DNA of 64,000 nt from an uncultured delta proteobacterium (lineage in GTDB: Bacteria > Desulfobacterota > Binatia > UBA9968), in the NCBI GenBank assembly GCA_963727625.1, contig CAVSHR010000012.1:32001-96000 (forward strand), in the 5' to 3' direction. This document shows, in pieces, positions 9,860 through 19,590 of this stretch. The notes under the pieces were generated by a model. That model saw only the letters and a program-made list of their open reading frames with translations. It did not search any database and was not told the origin of the DNA. Position 1 is the first letter of the stretch. The number at the start of each line of letters is the position of its first letter. A program made the position numbers and the translations under genes.

Positions 9860-11293
9860 CTAAACTTCATTGCGATCCACTAAGAAAGAGCAACCGTCCG
9901 ACAACTGCGTCATGCGGCCGAGAAAGAGACTACCTTTGGCGATCAACAGGGCGTGGCGAATCCTGCCAGCGCGCAGATGATCGAGTGCGTGGCCCAGGTA
10001 AACGATTGCCGAGGGGATATGCCCCTGGGTCGGCGCATAACCGGGCATGCCGCGGGTGCGCACGAAATCCTCCATCTGGTTCTTTTGAATCTGCCCGCGC
10101 ATGACCGCCAGCGCCGCCAGGGTTAAGTAATTGGTGCGCGGCACATCACCGCTCCCCGACGGAACGGTGATCTCCGGATTGTGCAGTTCGACGCCGTAAC
10201 GGTCCACATCGGTCAATTTCATGCCGAGCTTGGCCAAGGGTTTTTCCGCCAAATATTCCGCCATCGCCTGCGGCGAGGCGCCGGCGCGGACCGGATGGAA
10301 AGCGACGGAATCGAGACGCATGCTCGGCTGGTTCGGTTTAGCCGGCGCCAAGATTGCGGCGAAGCTGCCGAGCATGTCTTCGAGAACCGGCATGTTGTTT
10401 TTCAAGTGGGAATCGAATTTCATGCCCAATTTGGCCAGAGATCCGCCGGCGACGACCGCGACTCTGTTCGCGATGCCTGCTTGAATCATACTGGCGCCAT
10501 GCACCATCGCGTACATCGGTCCGGCGCAAAACGCCTTGGTATCGCAACCCGATGCGTTGACGCAACCAACGTCCTCGGCGATCGCCTTGGCCAAGTTGCC
10601 GCCGCCGCGGTTGTAACGATCCCCGACCGCTTCTTCGGAGCAACTGATGACAAAATCGATTTCCTCCGCCTGAAGATCAAGCGCGCGCAGCACGTTGCGC
10701 AGCGAATGCGCGGCGGTCACTTTAGCGGCGAGATTTTCGAGCAACACTTCCGGAACTAAATTGGCGTCCTCGTCATGCCCCGACTCGAAAGCGCCCACTA
10801 CTTCGTCGCCGTCGTAGAGAGGCAGCGCGCCTTTATCGCAGAGCGATCGGATTTCTTGCTGCGAGCGCAGCCGCGGCGTCCGGCCGATCGCGTGGCGCGC
10901 CCCCTGTTCGCCAAACCATTTCTCCTCCAACGCGACCAGGTCGAATTGATCTGCCCCGGCGAGCAAAGCATAAAATTGGGCCTGGTCGACGAGATCGCCG
11001 AATCGGCCTTGTGGTGTCGCCCCCTCTATCAGTTTCTCGTACCAGGGCTTGGCGATCTCGGCCAATTGCTCCGGCGCGATATTTCCGATGTAAACTTGGT
11101 GCGGCGCATACGCGGTCGCCGCGGCGAAATCCCGCAGCCGTTTTGACAACTGTTCTCTCAGCTCCGGCCGCGCTTGCAGCTCCCGCTGCGGTTTCGAACC
11201 AAAACGCACGAGATCCGGCACATGGGTCAGCGAATAAGAAACACCACCAATGCCAATGCGTACGGCCTGCAAATTCAATCCTTTCGTACTCAC
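9860..11293 (-). CDS. grdC: Glycine/sarcosine/betaine reductase component C subunit GrdC (FabH-like fold)
   Basis: [70 protein letters not shown]; 10 nt upstream of grdA. Confidence 0.9.
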   Translation of the reverse strand: MSTKGLNLQAVRIGIGGVSYSLTHVPDLVRFGSKPQRELQARPELREQLSKRLRDFAAATAYAPHQVYIGNIAPEQLAEIAKPWYEKLIEGATPQGRFGDLVDQAQFYALLAGADQFDLVALEEKWFGEQGARHAIGRTPRLRSQQEIRSLCDKGALPLYDGDEVVGAFESGHDEDANLVPEVLLENLAAKVTAAHSLRNVLRALDLQAEEIDFVISCSEEAVGDRYNRGGGNLAKAIAEDVGCVNASGCDTKAFCAGPMYAMVHGASMIQAGIANRVAVVAGGSLAKLGMKFDSHLKNNMPVLEDMLGSFAAILAPAKPNQPSMRLDSVAFHPVRAGASPQAMAEYLAEKPLAKLGMKLTDVDRYGVELHNPEITVPSGSGDVPRTNYLTLAALAVMRGQIQKNQMEDFVRTRGMPGYAPTQGHIPSAIVYLGHALDHLRAGRIRHALLIAKGSLFLGRMTQLSDGCSFLVDRNEV

Positions 11294-11322
11294 GCCCGTC
11301 GTCTAATGCCTGATGCCTGTCT

Positions 11323-11877
11323 TTAACCCGTAAACGCGTGATGTTTCAAGAACAGCTCGGCGTCCGGCGAACCGAAAAACACCAAGCGCACCTCTGTGAG
11401 GCTGTGATCGCGGGATAGAAACCGTTCGATAGCGCGCGAAGAAACGCTTGCCGCTTCGCTCATCGGGTAGCCGTAAACGCCGGTCGAGATCGCCGGGAAG
11501 GCGATCGTCTTCAAACCCTTCGCGACCGCCAGAGCCAATGAATTGAGGTAACATGCCGCCAGGAGATCCGCCTTCTCCCGGCCACCTCCCCCGTAAACCG
11601 GACCGACGGTATGGATGACATGCCTGGCAGTCAAATTTCCGCCTGTGGTGACCACCGCTTGGCCGGTGGGCAGGCCGTCGGGATATTGCGTCCGGCGAAT
11701 TTCGTTGCACGCCTCCAGGATCGCCCGGCCGCCAGCCCGATGAATTGCGCCGTCGACCCCGCCTCCGCCCATCAATGTGCGGTTCGCCGCATTGACGATC
11801 CCATCGACGTTTTCCTTGGTAATATCGCCGATTGTGACGCAGACACGACCCTGTAAAAAATTTCGCAATGCATCCAT
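11323..11877 (-). CDS. Macro domain protein (YmdB-like O-acetyl-ADP-ribose deacetylase)
   Basis: GDIT, IVNAAN, GGGGVDGAIHRAGG, VIHTVGP, AFPAISTGVYGYP; ATG 11877 with AGGAG RBS (track ORF over-extended). Confidence 0.9.
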   Translation of the reverse strand: MDALRNFLQGRVCVTIGDITKENVDGIVNAANRTLMGGGGVDGAIHRAGGRAILEACNEIRRTQYPDGLPTGQAVVTTGGNLTARHVIHTVGPVYGGGGREKADLLAACYLNSLALAVAKGLKTIAFPAISTGVYGYPMSEAASVSSRAIERFLSRDHSLTEVRLVFFGSPDAELFLKHHAFTG

Positions 11878-12102
11878 GGAAACTCCTGGTTGATACTTGG
11901 TATTTGGAAGAATCACAAATTTGCCGCAAAAGTCTTTCCCGGCGTCACGAAAACGAAAATCACAGCAAGGGTGCCCCTCGGTACACGCACTTTTCGCACC
12001 TAACCTCTCTTTCGGACCTCGGTTTGGCAATTCCCTTGACTCTTCGGCGAGATTCAAGACAAAGTACGGTACCGGCGTTATACCACGGTTGCGAGGCTTC
12101 CG

Positions 12103-13068
12103 ATGATCATCAACTGTGTAGCTTATCAGAACGGCCGCAAGCTCGCCGATATTTCCGTAAATGAAATTCGTACTTACACCAGCCGTCCCGATTGTTTCGT
12201 CTGGGTGGCGCTCAAGGATCCCGATCCCGCCGAGCTCCAGGCGATGCGGGACGAGTTCGACTTGCATGATCTCGCCGTGGAAGACGCGCAGCATGGCCAC
12301 CAGCGCCCTAAGGTCGACGAATATGATCACTCGCTGTTCGCCGTCTTGCACTTGATCGAGACGCATGACGACGAGCTACGCGTCGGCGAAGTCGCGATAT
12401 TTGCCGGAATTCGCTATGTGCTTTCCGTGCGTTCGCGCGCCGAGAGCGGCTTCACCGATGTGCGCGCCCGCTGCGAGCGGGAACCCGAGCTCTTGAGCCA
12501 TGGATCGGGCTACGTGCTCTACGCGCTAATGGACGCGGTGGTCGATCGTTATTTTCCAGTCCTCGACAGCATTGAATCCGCCATCGAAGACATCGAGGAA
12601 CGCATTTTCGCCGATCAGCCCGCGCGAGAGAGCATCGAGGCGCTCTACAGCATGAAACGCAAATTGATGGTTCTCAAACATGCCACCGAGCCATTGCTGG
12701 AGGCCACGGGCAAGCTCTTTGCCGGCCGGGTGCCGCAACTCTGCGCCGATCTGCAGGATTATTTTCGTGACGTGTACGATCACTTGCTCCGACTCAACCA
12801 AGCGGTCGACAGCCTGCGCGACATGGTGACCACCGCCATCTCGGTGACGATTTCGTTGATCTCGATTCAGGAAAACGAAGTGACCAAGAAGCTCGCCTCC
12901 TACGCCGCGCTGGTTGCAGTGCCCACGCTGATCGCCGGAGTTTACGGCATGAATTTTCAAATGATGCCGGAATTGAGCTGGATCTGGGGCTATCCGCTGA
13001 CTCTGGCCGTGATGGGCGGGATCGACATCTACCTTTTCTTCCGCTTTCGCCGCGCCCACTGGCTTTAG
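12103..13068 (+). CDS. corA: Magnesium/cobalt transporter CorA
   Basis: HQRPK, YFRDVYDH, PTLIAGVYGMNF, MPEL. Confidence 0.93.
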   Translation: MIINCVAYQNGRKLADISVNEIRTYTSRPDCFVWVALKDPDPAELQAMRDEFDLHDLAVEDAQHGHQRPKVDEYDHSLFAVLHLIETHDDELRVGEVAIFAGIRYVLSVRSRAESGFTDVRARCEREPELLSHGSGYVLYALMDAVVDRYFPVLDSIESAIEDIEERIFADQPARESIEALYSMKRKLMVLKHATEPLLEATGKLFAGRVPQLCADLQDYFRDVYDHLLRLNQAVDSLRDMVTTAISVTISLISIQENEVTKKLASYAALVAVPTLIAGVYGMNFQMMPELSWIWGYPLTLAVMGGIDIYLFFRFRRAHWL

Positions 13069-13122
13069 CAGCCAAGGCCCGCGAAATTTGCGCGCAGCGC
13101 GCCAAACGCCGCTTACTCGATG

Positions 13123-13857
13123 TTAGCCCGGAGGCGCAAGTTCCTGCAGTGCCGGTAAGAGTTCGTCAAAGCTTCGGATCACCGTCTTGGGTTGCGCCGC
13201 CCGCAAGGTTTCTTCATCGTTGTAGGCGTGCTCGGTCATAAACGCTACGGGAAGAACTTCCAGGTAGGTGTCGCCGACCTTGCAGCCATGGGCATTGTTG
13301 CCGGCCTTCAAATAAGTCGCCGTTCCGCTCAACAAAACCACGCGCATATGCTGAGGCCGGTGCTTGCGGTAGAGATAGTAAATTCCCTGCTCCTTGGCGT
13401 AGTAGGTTTCATCGCGGTCGATGATCTCGTCGAAGTAGCTGCCGATACCAGCTTTCTCCATCGCCTGATGCTTATAGCGCCGCCCGCCCGTCGTCATGAG
13501 GATATTTCGCAGGCCCGCTTTTTTTGTTTCTTTCAGCGATTGTTCAATGCCCGGTATGAACTCCGGCGGATTGACATCGAAGCCCTGCTTCTGCGCGATT
13601 GCAAGCGCTTGACGGCGGATCTCGACCCGCTTCGCTTCGTTAAACTGCAGGCTGCGATCCTTCTCGTATTCTTTGGCGAAGATCAGCGGAATGAGAAACA
13701 GATCGAAGGGTCCGTCGGCGACTTTTCTCAGCTGTTCGAAAGCGAGCGGTTTTAGACCGTAGCGCGGCAAAAGCTCGTTGGCGATCACCTGCACACGGCG
13801 AATATCGGTCTCCACCGTGTCTGACATCGTGCGCACCAAGAAAGTTTCAACTGACAT
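13123..13857 (-). CDS. HAD-fold protein lacking canonical catalytic Asp motifs
   Basis: GIGSYFDEII, LRAAQPKTVIRSFDEL and overall HAD-like layout; DxD position reads RTMSD. Confidence 0.6.
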   Translation of the reverse strand: MSVETFLVRTMSDTVETDIRRVQVIANELLPRYGLKPLAFEQLRKVADGPFDLFLIPLIFAKEYEKDRSLQFNEAKRVEIRRQALAIAQKQGFDVNPPEFIPGIEQSLKETKKAGLRNILMTTGGRRYKHQAMEKAGIGSYFDEIIDRDETYYAKEQGIYYLYRKHRPQHMRVVLLSGTATYLKAGNNAHGCKVGDTYLEVLPVAFMTEHAYNDEETLRAAQPKTVIRSFDELLPALQELAPPG

Positions 13858-13991
13858 GGCGCTGCCCTCCCACAGAGGGGATCCTAGTCAAAGGAGAGTA
13901 ATGAGACAAGGGTTAAACAATTCCAAATCACCGAATTAGCAATCACCGCCTGCCCATAGTTGTGGAATCTAGAATTTTGCATTGCGACGGT

Positions 13992-14279
13992 CTAGCTCGC
14001 ATCCCCGGGTGCTTCAAACGGCAGACGATATTTGCGCCCGGAATTGCATTTCTTGCAACTTGACACCAGGTTGCCTTTGGTCGATTTGCCGCCGCGGACA
14101 ATCGGCACCAGGTGATCCATGGTCAAATCCCCCGGCACAAACTTAGCGCCGCAATGATGGCATAGGCCGGCGGCGCGCTTGCGCTTCCACCATTGGCTGG
14201 AGCGCAGCTCGCGCGCTTTCTGCCGTTCGCGGCGGATTTGCTCTTCGGAGACTTCGATTAGAAAGGGGTCGGCTTGCAC
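13992..14279 (-). CDS. Stand-alone HNH endonuclease
   Basis: CHHC, LTMDHLVPIVRGG, NLVSSCKKCN. Confidence 0.88.
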   Translation of the reverse strand: MQADPFLIEVSEEQIRRERQKARELRSSQWWKRKRAAGLCHHCGAKFVPGDLTMDHLVPIVRGGKSTKGNLVSSCKKCNSGRKYRLPFEAPGDAS

Positions 14280-14286
14280 AATAATT

Positions 14287-14484
14287 TTATTTTAGTTTGT
14301 ACCAGTGCCTTAGGTTCTTGAGGTAAACACCAAAGGCGGCGGCGACCAACAGATAAAGGCCGCTTCGCGCCGCGGCCCAGAATTCGCCGCTATGGGAGTA
14401 GTTTTGCCACTCCCAGAAGGCGAAGAAAATAAAAAAAACCGTCGCGCTGCCGATCAGGATCTTATGCGCCGTAATCAGTCGCAT
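14287..14484 (-). CDS. Small two-TM membrane protein, unknown function
   Basis: MRLITAHKILIG..., two hydrophobic segments; upstream of HNH gene on same strand. Confidence 0.6.
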   Translation of the reverse strand: MRLITAHKILIGSATVFFIFFAFWEWQNYSHSGEFWAAARSGLYLLVAAAFGVYLKNLRHWYKLK

Positions 14485-14601
14485 TCCACTAATACTGAAG
14501 CATAAGCGATCCACCCGGCGCAAGGGCGAGCGCTTTCACCGCGTTGCGCCTGCGAGAATCTTGGTATAGCTGTTTCAGACGGCCAAAGGAGGAAACCTGC
14601 C

Positions 14602-14982
14602 ATGAACAAAGAAGTCGTCAGCACGGCTAAGGCGCCCAAAGCCATCGGTCCCTATGAACAGGCGATCCTAGTCGGCGAGTTCGTCTACGCCTCCGGGCAG
14701 ATCCCGCTCGATCCGAAAACCGGCAACCTCGTCGAAGGCGGTACCGCCGTTCAAACCCGGCAAGTGATGGAGAATCTCAAAGCGGTCCTCGAGGCTGCCG
14801 GCTCGTCTTTCGATCGAGTCGTCAAAACAACGGTGTTTTTGAAAAACATCGGCGACTTCGCGGCCATGAACGAGGTCTATACGGAATATCTCGGCAAGGC
14901 CAAACCGGCCCGTTCCACCGTTGCGGTGGCGGATTTGCCGCGTGGCGCGCTGGTCGAGATCGATTTAGTCGCGTTGGCCTAA
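14602..14982 (+). CDS. ridA: RidA / YjgF family enamine-imine deaminase
   Basis: APKAIGPY, SGQIP, VVKTTVFL, PARSTV, LVEID; AGGAGG RBS. Confidence 0.9.
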   Translation: MNKEVVSTAKAPKAIGPYEQAILVGEFVYASGQIPLDPKTGNLVEGGTAVQTRQVMENLKAVLEAAGSSFDRVVKTTVFLKNIGDFAAMNEVYTEYLGKAKPARSTVAVADLPRGALVEIDLVALA

Positions 14983-14996
14983 CATAGGCGCGCCGA

Positions 14997-15566
14997 TCAA
15001 ACTCCCAAAACCATTCGCACCAAGCTTTGCAGCACGAGTTTCGCCGCATCGGTGAGACTCGTGCCGACAACGTCGCCATCTTCCTCTGCGCCGCGCGGAT
15101 AGGCGAATATTCCTTTGGTCCCGGTCACCACCCAGGATTTCGGATCGGTGTACACTTGCGGCAAGGCCGCCACGAGCTTGGCGCCGCCCATTTTCTTCAC
15201 GCGGGTGTCTTTTTGATATTCCTTGTAGCGGCGGAACTGGCCGCGATTGAGCCACAGGCCGTCACAGTGTCGGCAACGGCGCAGTTGAATCTCTTTTGGC
15301 AGAATCGGGTCGGCAAATATCTCCAGCTTGTCGGCGCAGCGCGGGCAATACAGTTTTTTTTGTGGCTGGCGCATCTTTTCCCGCAGCAAATCTTCGTCCA
15401 AGGGGTCCAAGCGATCGGCTTCGTCGGGGTCGATAGGAAACAGCTCCCACTTGTCGCACCAAATGCCGCCGCATTTGCCGCACTGGTCGAGTTGAATGAG
15501 CGTGCCGGGCGTCGCTCGAGCTACCACTTCGGCCATCTCTCGCTCGCATTGGGGGCAGTTCAGCAA
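14997..15566 (-). CDS. Tandem zf-TFIIB-type zinc-ribbon protein
   Basis: Two repeats: CPQC..CGKCGGIWCD and CPRC..CRHCDGLWLN. Confidence 0.8.
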   Translation of the reverse strand: MLNCPQCEREMAEVVARATPGTLIQLDQCGKCGGIWCDKWELFPIDPDEADRLDPLDEDLLREKMRQPQKKLYCPRCADKLEIFADPILPKEIQLRRCRHCDGLWLNRGQFRRYKEYQKDTRVKKMGGAKLVAALPQVYTDPKSWVVTGTKGIFAYPRGAEEDGDVVGTSLTDAAKLVLQSLVRMVLGV

Positions 15567-15568
15567 AA

Positions 15569-16579
15569 TTACCGGCTCCCACCGATGGATTGAACGAATG
15601 ATCCTGGCGCCACGCTCGGCGCCAGGCCGGCCATCCGATACAGAAGCGCGATGCGGCGCTCGATCGGCGGATGGCTGGCGAGAAAATCCGCCAGTTTGCC
15701 GTCCCTTTCATCCACCCGCCGGCGCAGCGGATTGACCAAAAACAGATGCGCCGTGCCGCGCGTGGCTTTGTGAAACGGCATCGTCTCGTCGCGGATTTTT
15801 TCCAAGGCCCGCGCCAGCCCGCGCGGGTTGCGCGTGTACTGGGCGGCCGTGGCATCCGCGAGATATTCCCTTTGACGCGATACTGCCATGGCCAAGAGCC
15901 GCGCGATCAGCGGCGATAACGCAATCAAGAGCAGCACCGGCATGAACACGAGGGGATTTTTCCGGCCAAAACGGCGCCCTGTGCGCGAGCTATAAAAGCC
16001 GCGCCGGCCCCAATCGGCGAGGATGGCGATTCCGCCCAAGAGAATGCTCACCAGGGTCATCAGTAAAACGTCATCGTTGCGGATATGGGAGATCTCATGC
16101 GCCACCACACCCTGGGTTTGCTCTCGGTCCAGCGCCGTCAACAGCCCGCTGGTCACGCAGATTGCGGCGTTCTTGTCGTTGGTGCCCGTCGCCAAGGCGT
16201 TGGGCGCCGGGTCATAGATCACAAATACCCGCGGCATCGGCGAGCCCGACGCCAGCGCCATCTCGGTGACGATGTTATGTAACTCGCGATGCTCGGGAAT
16301 CGCCAAGCTGAGCTTCTCCGCGCCCAGGGATGAGATAATGATGTCGCTGCCGCCGTAATATGCCGTGAGCGTCATGAAGGTCGCCAGGGCCAGAGAAACA
16401 ATCGTCGCGATCGGGAACGCCGGCCCCGCCGGCGTGAACGCGTCGAAATAGAGGTAGTCGATGGCGCCGCCGATCAACAGAAAGAATAGGATGAAAAGCG
16501 CCACCAGCGCCGCACTCCAGCGCTGGTTATAAACCTGGCGGGCGACGAAATCCAAGGCTTGCGGCGAGTCCAGTGGCAA
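15569..16579 (-). CDS. M48 (HtpX-like) membrane zinc metalloprotease
   Basis: PNALATG, AHEISH (HExxH), SRQREYLAD, SHPPIERRI. Confidence 0.9.
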   Translation of the reverse strand: MPLDSPQALDFVARQVYNQRWSAALVALFILFFLLIGGAIDYLYFDAFTPAGPAFPIATIVSLALATFMTLTAYYGGSDIIISSLGAEKLSLAIPEHRELHNIVTEMALASGSPMPRVFVIYDPAPNALATGTNDKNAAICVTSGLLTALDREQTQGVVAHEISHIRNDDVLLMTLVSILLGGIAILADWGRRGFYSSRTGRRFGRKNPLVFMPVLLLIALSPLIARLLAMAVSRQREYLADATAAQYTRNPRGLARALEKIRDETMPFHKATRGTAHLFLVNPLRRRVDERDGKLADFLASHPPIERRIALLYRMAGLAPSVAPGSFVQSIGGSR

Positions 16580-16591
16580 GACTCCCAGAGC

Positions 16592-17149
16592 TTAACGACC
16601 GAGCGAGAGATTTACCTGCGGCACTGTTTTTTCCGCCGCCGCTACCTCGAAGATTTCACTGGGCTTGAAGCCGAAAAAACCGGCCAACATGTTCGACGGA
16701 AAGACCTGTTGCTTGGTGTTATATTGCGTCACCAGATCGTTGTAGTACTGGCGCGCAAAGGAGATCTGATTTTCAGTGGTGGTCAGCTCCTCTTGCAGGT
16801 CCAAAACGTTTTTGCTGGCCTTGAGCTCCGGGTAATTCTCCATCAATGCAAAGACTTTGCCGAGGGATTCGGTCAGCGCGTTCTGGGCCTCGGCGGTTGC
16901 CTTGACGCCCCGTGACGCCATCGCTTGGCTGCGTGCTTCGATGACCTTTTGCAACGTGTCCTGCTCGTACTGCATGTAGCCCTTGACGGTCTCGACGAGA
17001 TTCGGAATCAAATCGTAGCGCCGTTTGAGCTGCACGTCGATTTGCCCCCAAGCGTTTTGAATTCTCAGCCGCAGCGCCGTGAGCCCGTTGTAGGTGGAAA
17101 TGATCCAGATCCCGAGCACGAAGATGATCGCCCAGAAGATAAAGATCAT
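16592..17149 (-). CDS. lemA: LemA family protein
   Basis: QLKRRYDLIPNLVETVKGY, ENYPELKA, RQYYN. Confidence 0.93.
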   Translation of the reverse strand: MIFIFWAIIFVLGIWIISTYNGLTALRLRIQNAWGQIDVQLKRRYDLIPNLVETVKGYMQYEQDTLQKVIEARSQAMASRGVKATAEAQNALTESLGKVFALMENYPELKASKNVLDLQEELTTTENQISFARQYYNDLVTQYNTKQQVFPSNMLAGFFGFKPSEIFEVAAAEKTVPQVNLSLGR

Positions 17150-18174
17150 AACGCGCGCGCTCCCGTCATTTCGTCGTAAAATAAGATGGCCTTGCTCACG
17201 TCGCGCACCCGCGCCGCGCCGGTCATGGTCATGACTCGCTGCATCTCCTCGGCAAAAATGGCGAATACACGTTCGACTGCCGGCGCGCCGAACGCGCCTA
17301 CGCCCCAGGCAACTGGCCGGCCGATGAGCACCGCCTCCGCTCCCAGCGCGAGTGCCTTGACAATGTCGCCGCCGCTGCGAATACCGCTGTCGAGCAACAC
17401 CGGCACCTTTCTGCCGGCGGCGTCGACGACTTCCGGCATCGCTTCGAGCGCCGAGCGGTTAAAGTCGAGGATGCGTCCGCCGTGATTGGAAACCACCAGC
17501 GCATCGGCGCCGGCGCCGATGGCGGCGCGGGCGTCATCGGCGCCCATGATCCCTTTGACGACCACCGGCAGCTTTACTTGCTGTTTCATCCACTCGATAT
17601 CCTTCAGCGTCGATTTATGACCCTTGCGCGGTTTGCCGTCTTTGGTCGAGAGCGGCACTTCATCGCCGATCTTGACCGGCCGCACCGTGTCCATGGTGAT
17701 GCCCACCGCGGCGTATCCGAGATCTTCGGATAATTTGGCGTACTGGGATACTTCTTCTTTGCCGCGGTTCATGTAGGCCATGAACACCAGCGGTGATTTG
17801 GCCGCGTCGCGCCAATCTTTGGGGTTGAACTTGGCGGCCTGGCTGACGAACATCATCGCGCCCGCGCTCGCCGTGCCCTCCGCCACCTGTCGCTCAGCGT
17901 CTTCGCCGATCAAGCTGAAACTTCCCACCGGCGCGGTGATTGCTGGAATCGGCAACTTGTGGCCGAACAGTTCGATGGAAATATCCGGATCGGAAACGTC
18001 GTGAAATATTTTCTGGCGAAACAGATACCGGCGAAACGCGCGCGGGTTACGATGAAACGTCGCTCTGGTTTCAGCGGCGCCGTTGAAGTGTTTCCAGGCT
18101 TCGGCGGGCGTTTTCTGGCGCATGATCTTTTGCAGATCGCGCAGGCCCATTTGCTCGAGCGGTTTTTCAGTCAT
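17146..18174 (-). CDS. FMN-dependent alpha-hydroxy-acid oxidase/dehydrogenase family protein
   Basis: TAPVG, VVKGI, VSNHGGR, DSGIRSGGDIVKALALGA, IGRP; likely start ATG 18174. Confidence 0.88.
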   Translation of the reverse strand: MTEKPLEQMGLRDLQKIMRQKTPAEAWKHFNGAAETRATFHRNPRAFRRYLFRQKIFHDVSDPDISIELFGHKLPIPAITAPVGSFSLIGEDAERQVAEGTASAGAMMFVSQAAKFNPKDWRDAAKSPLVFMAYMNRGKEEVSQYAKLSEDLGYAAVGITMDTVRPVKIGDEVPLSTKDGKPRKGHKSTLKDIEWMKQQVKLPVVVKGIMGADDARAAIGAGADALVVSNHGGRILDFNRSALEAMPEVVDAAGRKVPVLLDSGIRSGGDIVKALALGAEAVLIGRPVAWGVGAFGAPAVERVFAIFAEEMQRVMTMTGAARVRDVSKAILFYDEMTGARAL

Positions 18175-18181
18175 GACCACC

Positions 18182-19033
18182 TCAGTTCGGCGAAGCGATT
18201 TCCCAGCAGTTGGTCCCGGGGTCCCGGAAATAAAACGACGCCGACCCATCGGTTTGGTTGAGTGGCGACAACTCGTTGATTCCAAGCGCCTGACCCGAGT
18301 CGGTCAACTCCCAATGAGCCTCAAGCACCGTCGCCTTGGACTCGACCGTCAAGGTGTTGCGGAAGTTCGGCGAAAAGACTTTTGGATTCTCGCGCAGGGC
18401 GCAAACGATGTAAGTCTTCGTGCTCGGATGCTTCACGTAGATCACGTGACTGCTGAAACGGTGCACTTCTAGGTTCAATACGTCGGTATAAAAATGCTTG
18501 CTGACTTCCATGTCGCGGGAAACCAACGTCCCGTGGGTGAAAGCCTGCGGCACATAACCGCGGCCGGGGAAGCGCTGTTCAGGATAGATATCTTCCCAAT
18601 GTGGTTTTTTCACCCCGCCGAATTTTTGCGCCGCGGCTTCCTTGCGCGAAAAATCTTCGTAGCACTCGATTTCCCAGCCGTTGGTTCCCGGTTCGACGAA
18701 ATAGCAGGAATAGGAACCGTGGCTCCAGGTCGGTTTGCCAATCGCGCCGAGCTTGTATTCGGCTTTACGAGCGCTGAGGTAATCGTAGGCCCGGTCGACT
18801 TCTTCCGTGGTCATCACGCGTACGCCCCAGTGATTGTGCATCGGTTTGGCTGGAGCATCGGGCCCCGCTTCATGAAGCACGAGCAGCCAAGGCGAATTGG
18901 GGTGTTTGAGCGTCGCCTCGCCGGGTTTTTCAGAGATCTTCTCGAATGCCAACAAGTCGATCATCACGGCCATGGACTCCCGCAAATTACGGCATTCCAT
19001 ATGAGTGGCGGAAAGTGCGGCAGGCTTGATCAT
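18182..19033 (-). CDS. Two-domain VOC (glyoxalase/bleomycin-resistance) protein
   Basis: Duplicated motifs YFVEPGTNGWEI / YFRDPGTNCWEI; HWG, THGTL. Confidence 0.82.
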   Translation of the reverse strand: MIKPAALSATHMECRNLRESMAVMIDLLAFEKISEKPGEATLKHPNSPWLLVLHEAGPDAPAKPMHNHWGVRVMTTEEVDRAYDYLSARKAEYKLGAIGKPTWSHGSYSCYFVEPGTNGWEIECYEDFSRKEAAAQKFGGVKKPHWEDIYPEQRFPGRGYVPQAFTHGTLVSRDMEVSKHFYTDVLNLEVHRFSSHVIYVKHPSTKTYIVCALRENPKVFSPNFRNTLTVESKATVLEAHWELTDSGQALGINELSPLNQTDGSASFYFRDPGTNCWEIASPN

Positions 19034-19190
19034 GACAATCCTCTCGGACGATGGAGTCTATAATTTTTTGAAATCTACAGCGGTAGCCCTAACCTGTCAA
19101 ATCGACTCTATCCGGAAATTACGTCAGGACAGAGTCTCCCTGAGCGAAGCGAACGGCCTTAATCGACCCTTCCTGCAGCGTAAATTCATC

Positions 19191-19219
19191 TTGACACCAA
19201 CCGGGCTTTTACTTAGATT
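19191..19219 (+). promoter_or_regulatory. Candidate sigma70 promoter
   Basis: TTGACA-17 bp-TAGATT. Confidence 0.5.
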
Positions 19220-19305
19220 CGCGCAGTTTTGCCGCGGGTTCCGAACAAGCCCGGCAATCGAACCAAGCAGGAGAGCAAGATCCGGCGAACTACTAGCGTC
19301 CGTCC

Positions 19306-19515
19306 GTGTTGCCGCCTGGGACGCCGAAGGACCGGATCCAGATACTCCGCAAAGCGTTCATGGACACAACCCAAAATGCCGAGTTTCTCGCCGAGGCGAA
19401 AAAAGCAAAGTTAGACATCAATCCGGACGACGATGCCACTCTGGAGCAAAACGTGAAAGATATTTTAAAACTTGATCGGGCCCTTGTAGCGAAGCTAAAG
19501 AAGATTTTGAAGTAA
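19306..19515 (+). pseudogene. C-terminal remnant of a TctC/Bug tripartite tricarboxylate transporter binding protein
   Basis: PPGTPKDRIQILRKAF...EFLAEAKKAKLDINP; N-terminal part absent. Confidence 0.7.
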
Positions 19516-19590
19516 CCGTCCCGCAGAGACTGCGATCCTGAACGGACCGAAGGAACTCGCTCCGCCGAGCGACGAAGGAGCAAACCAGCC

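Noticed and set aside
11878-12366. Apparent long N-terminal extension of the macro-domain protein
   Set aside because: Antisense to corA; a clear RBS and ATG lie at 11877
19120-19165. REP-like CCTGAGCGAAGCGAA remnant
   Set aside because: Single degenerate copy in the window; cannot be supported as a repeat
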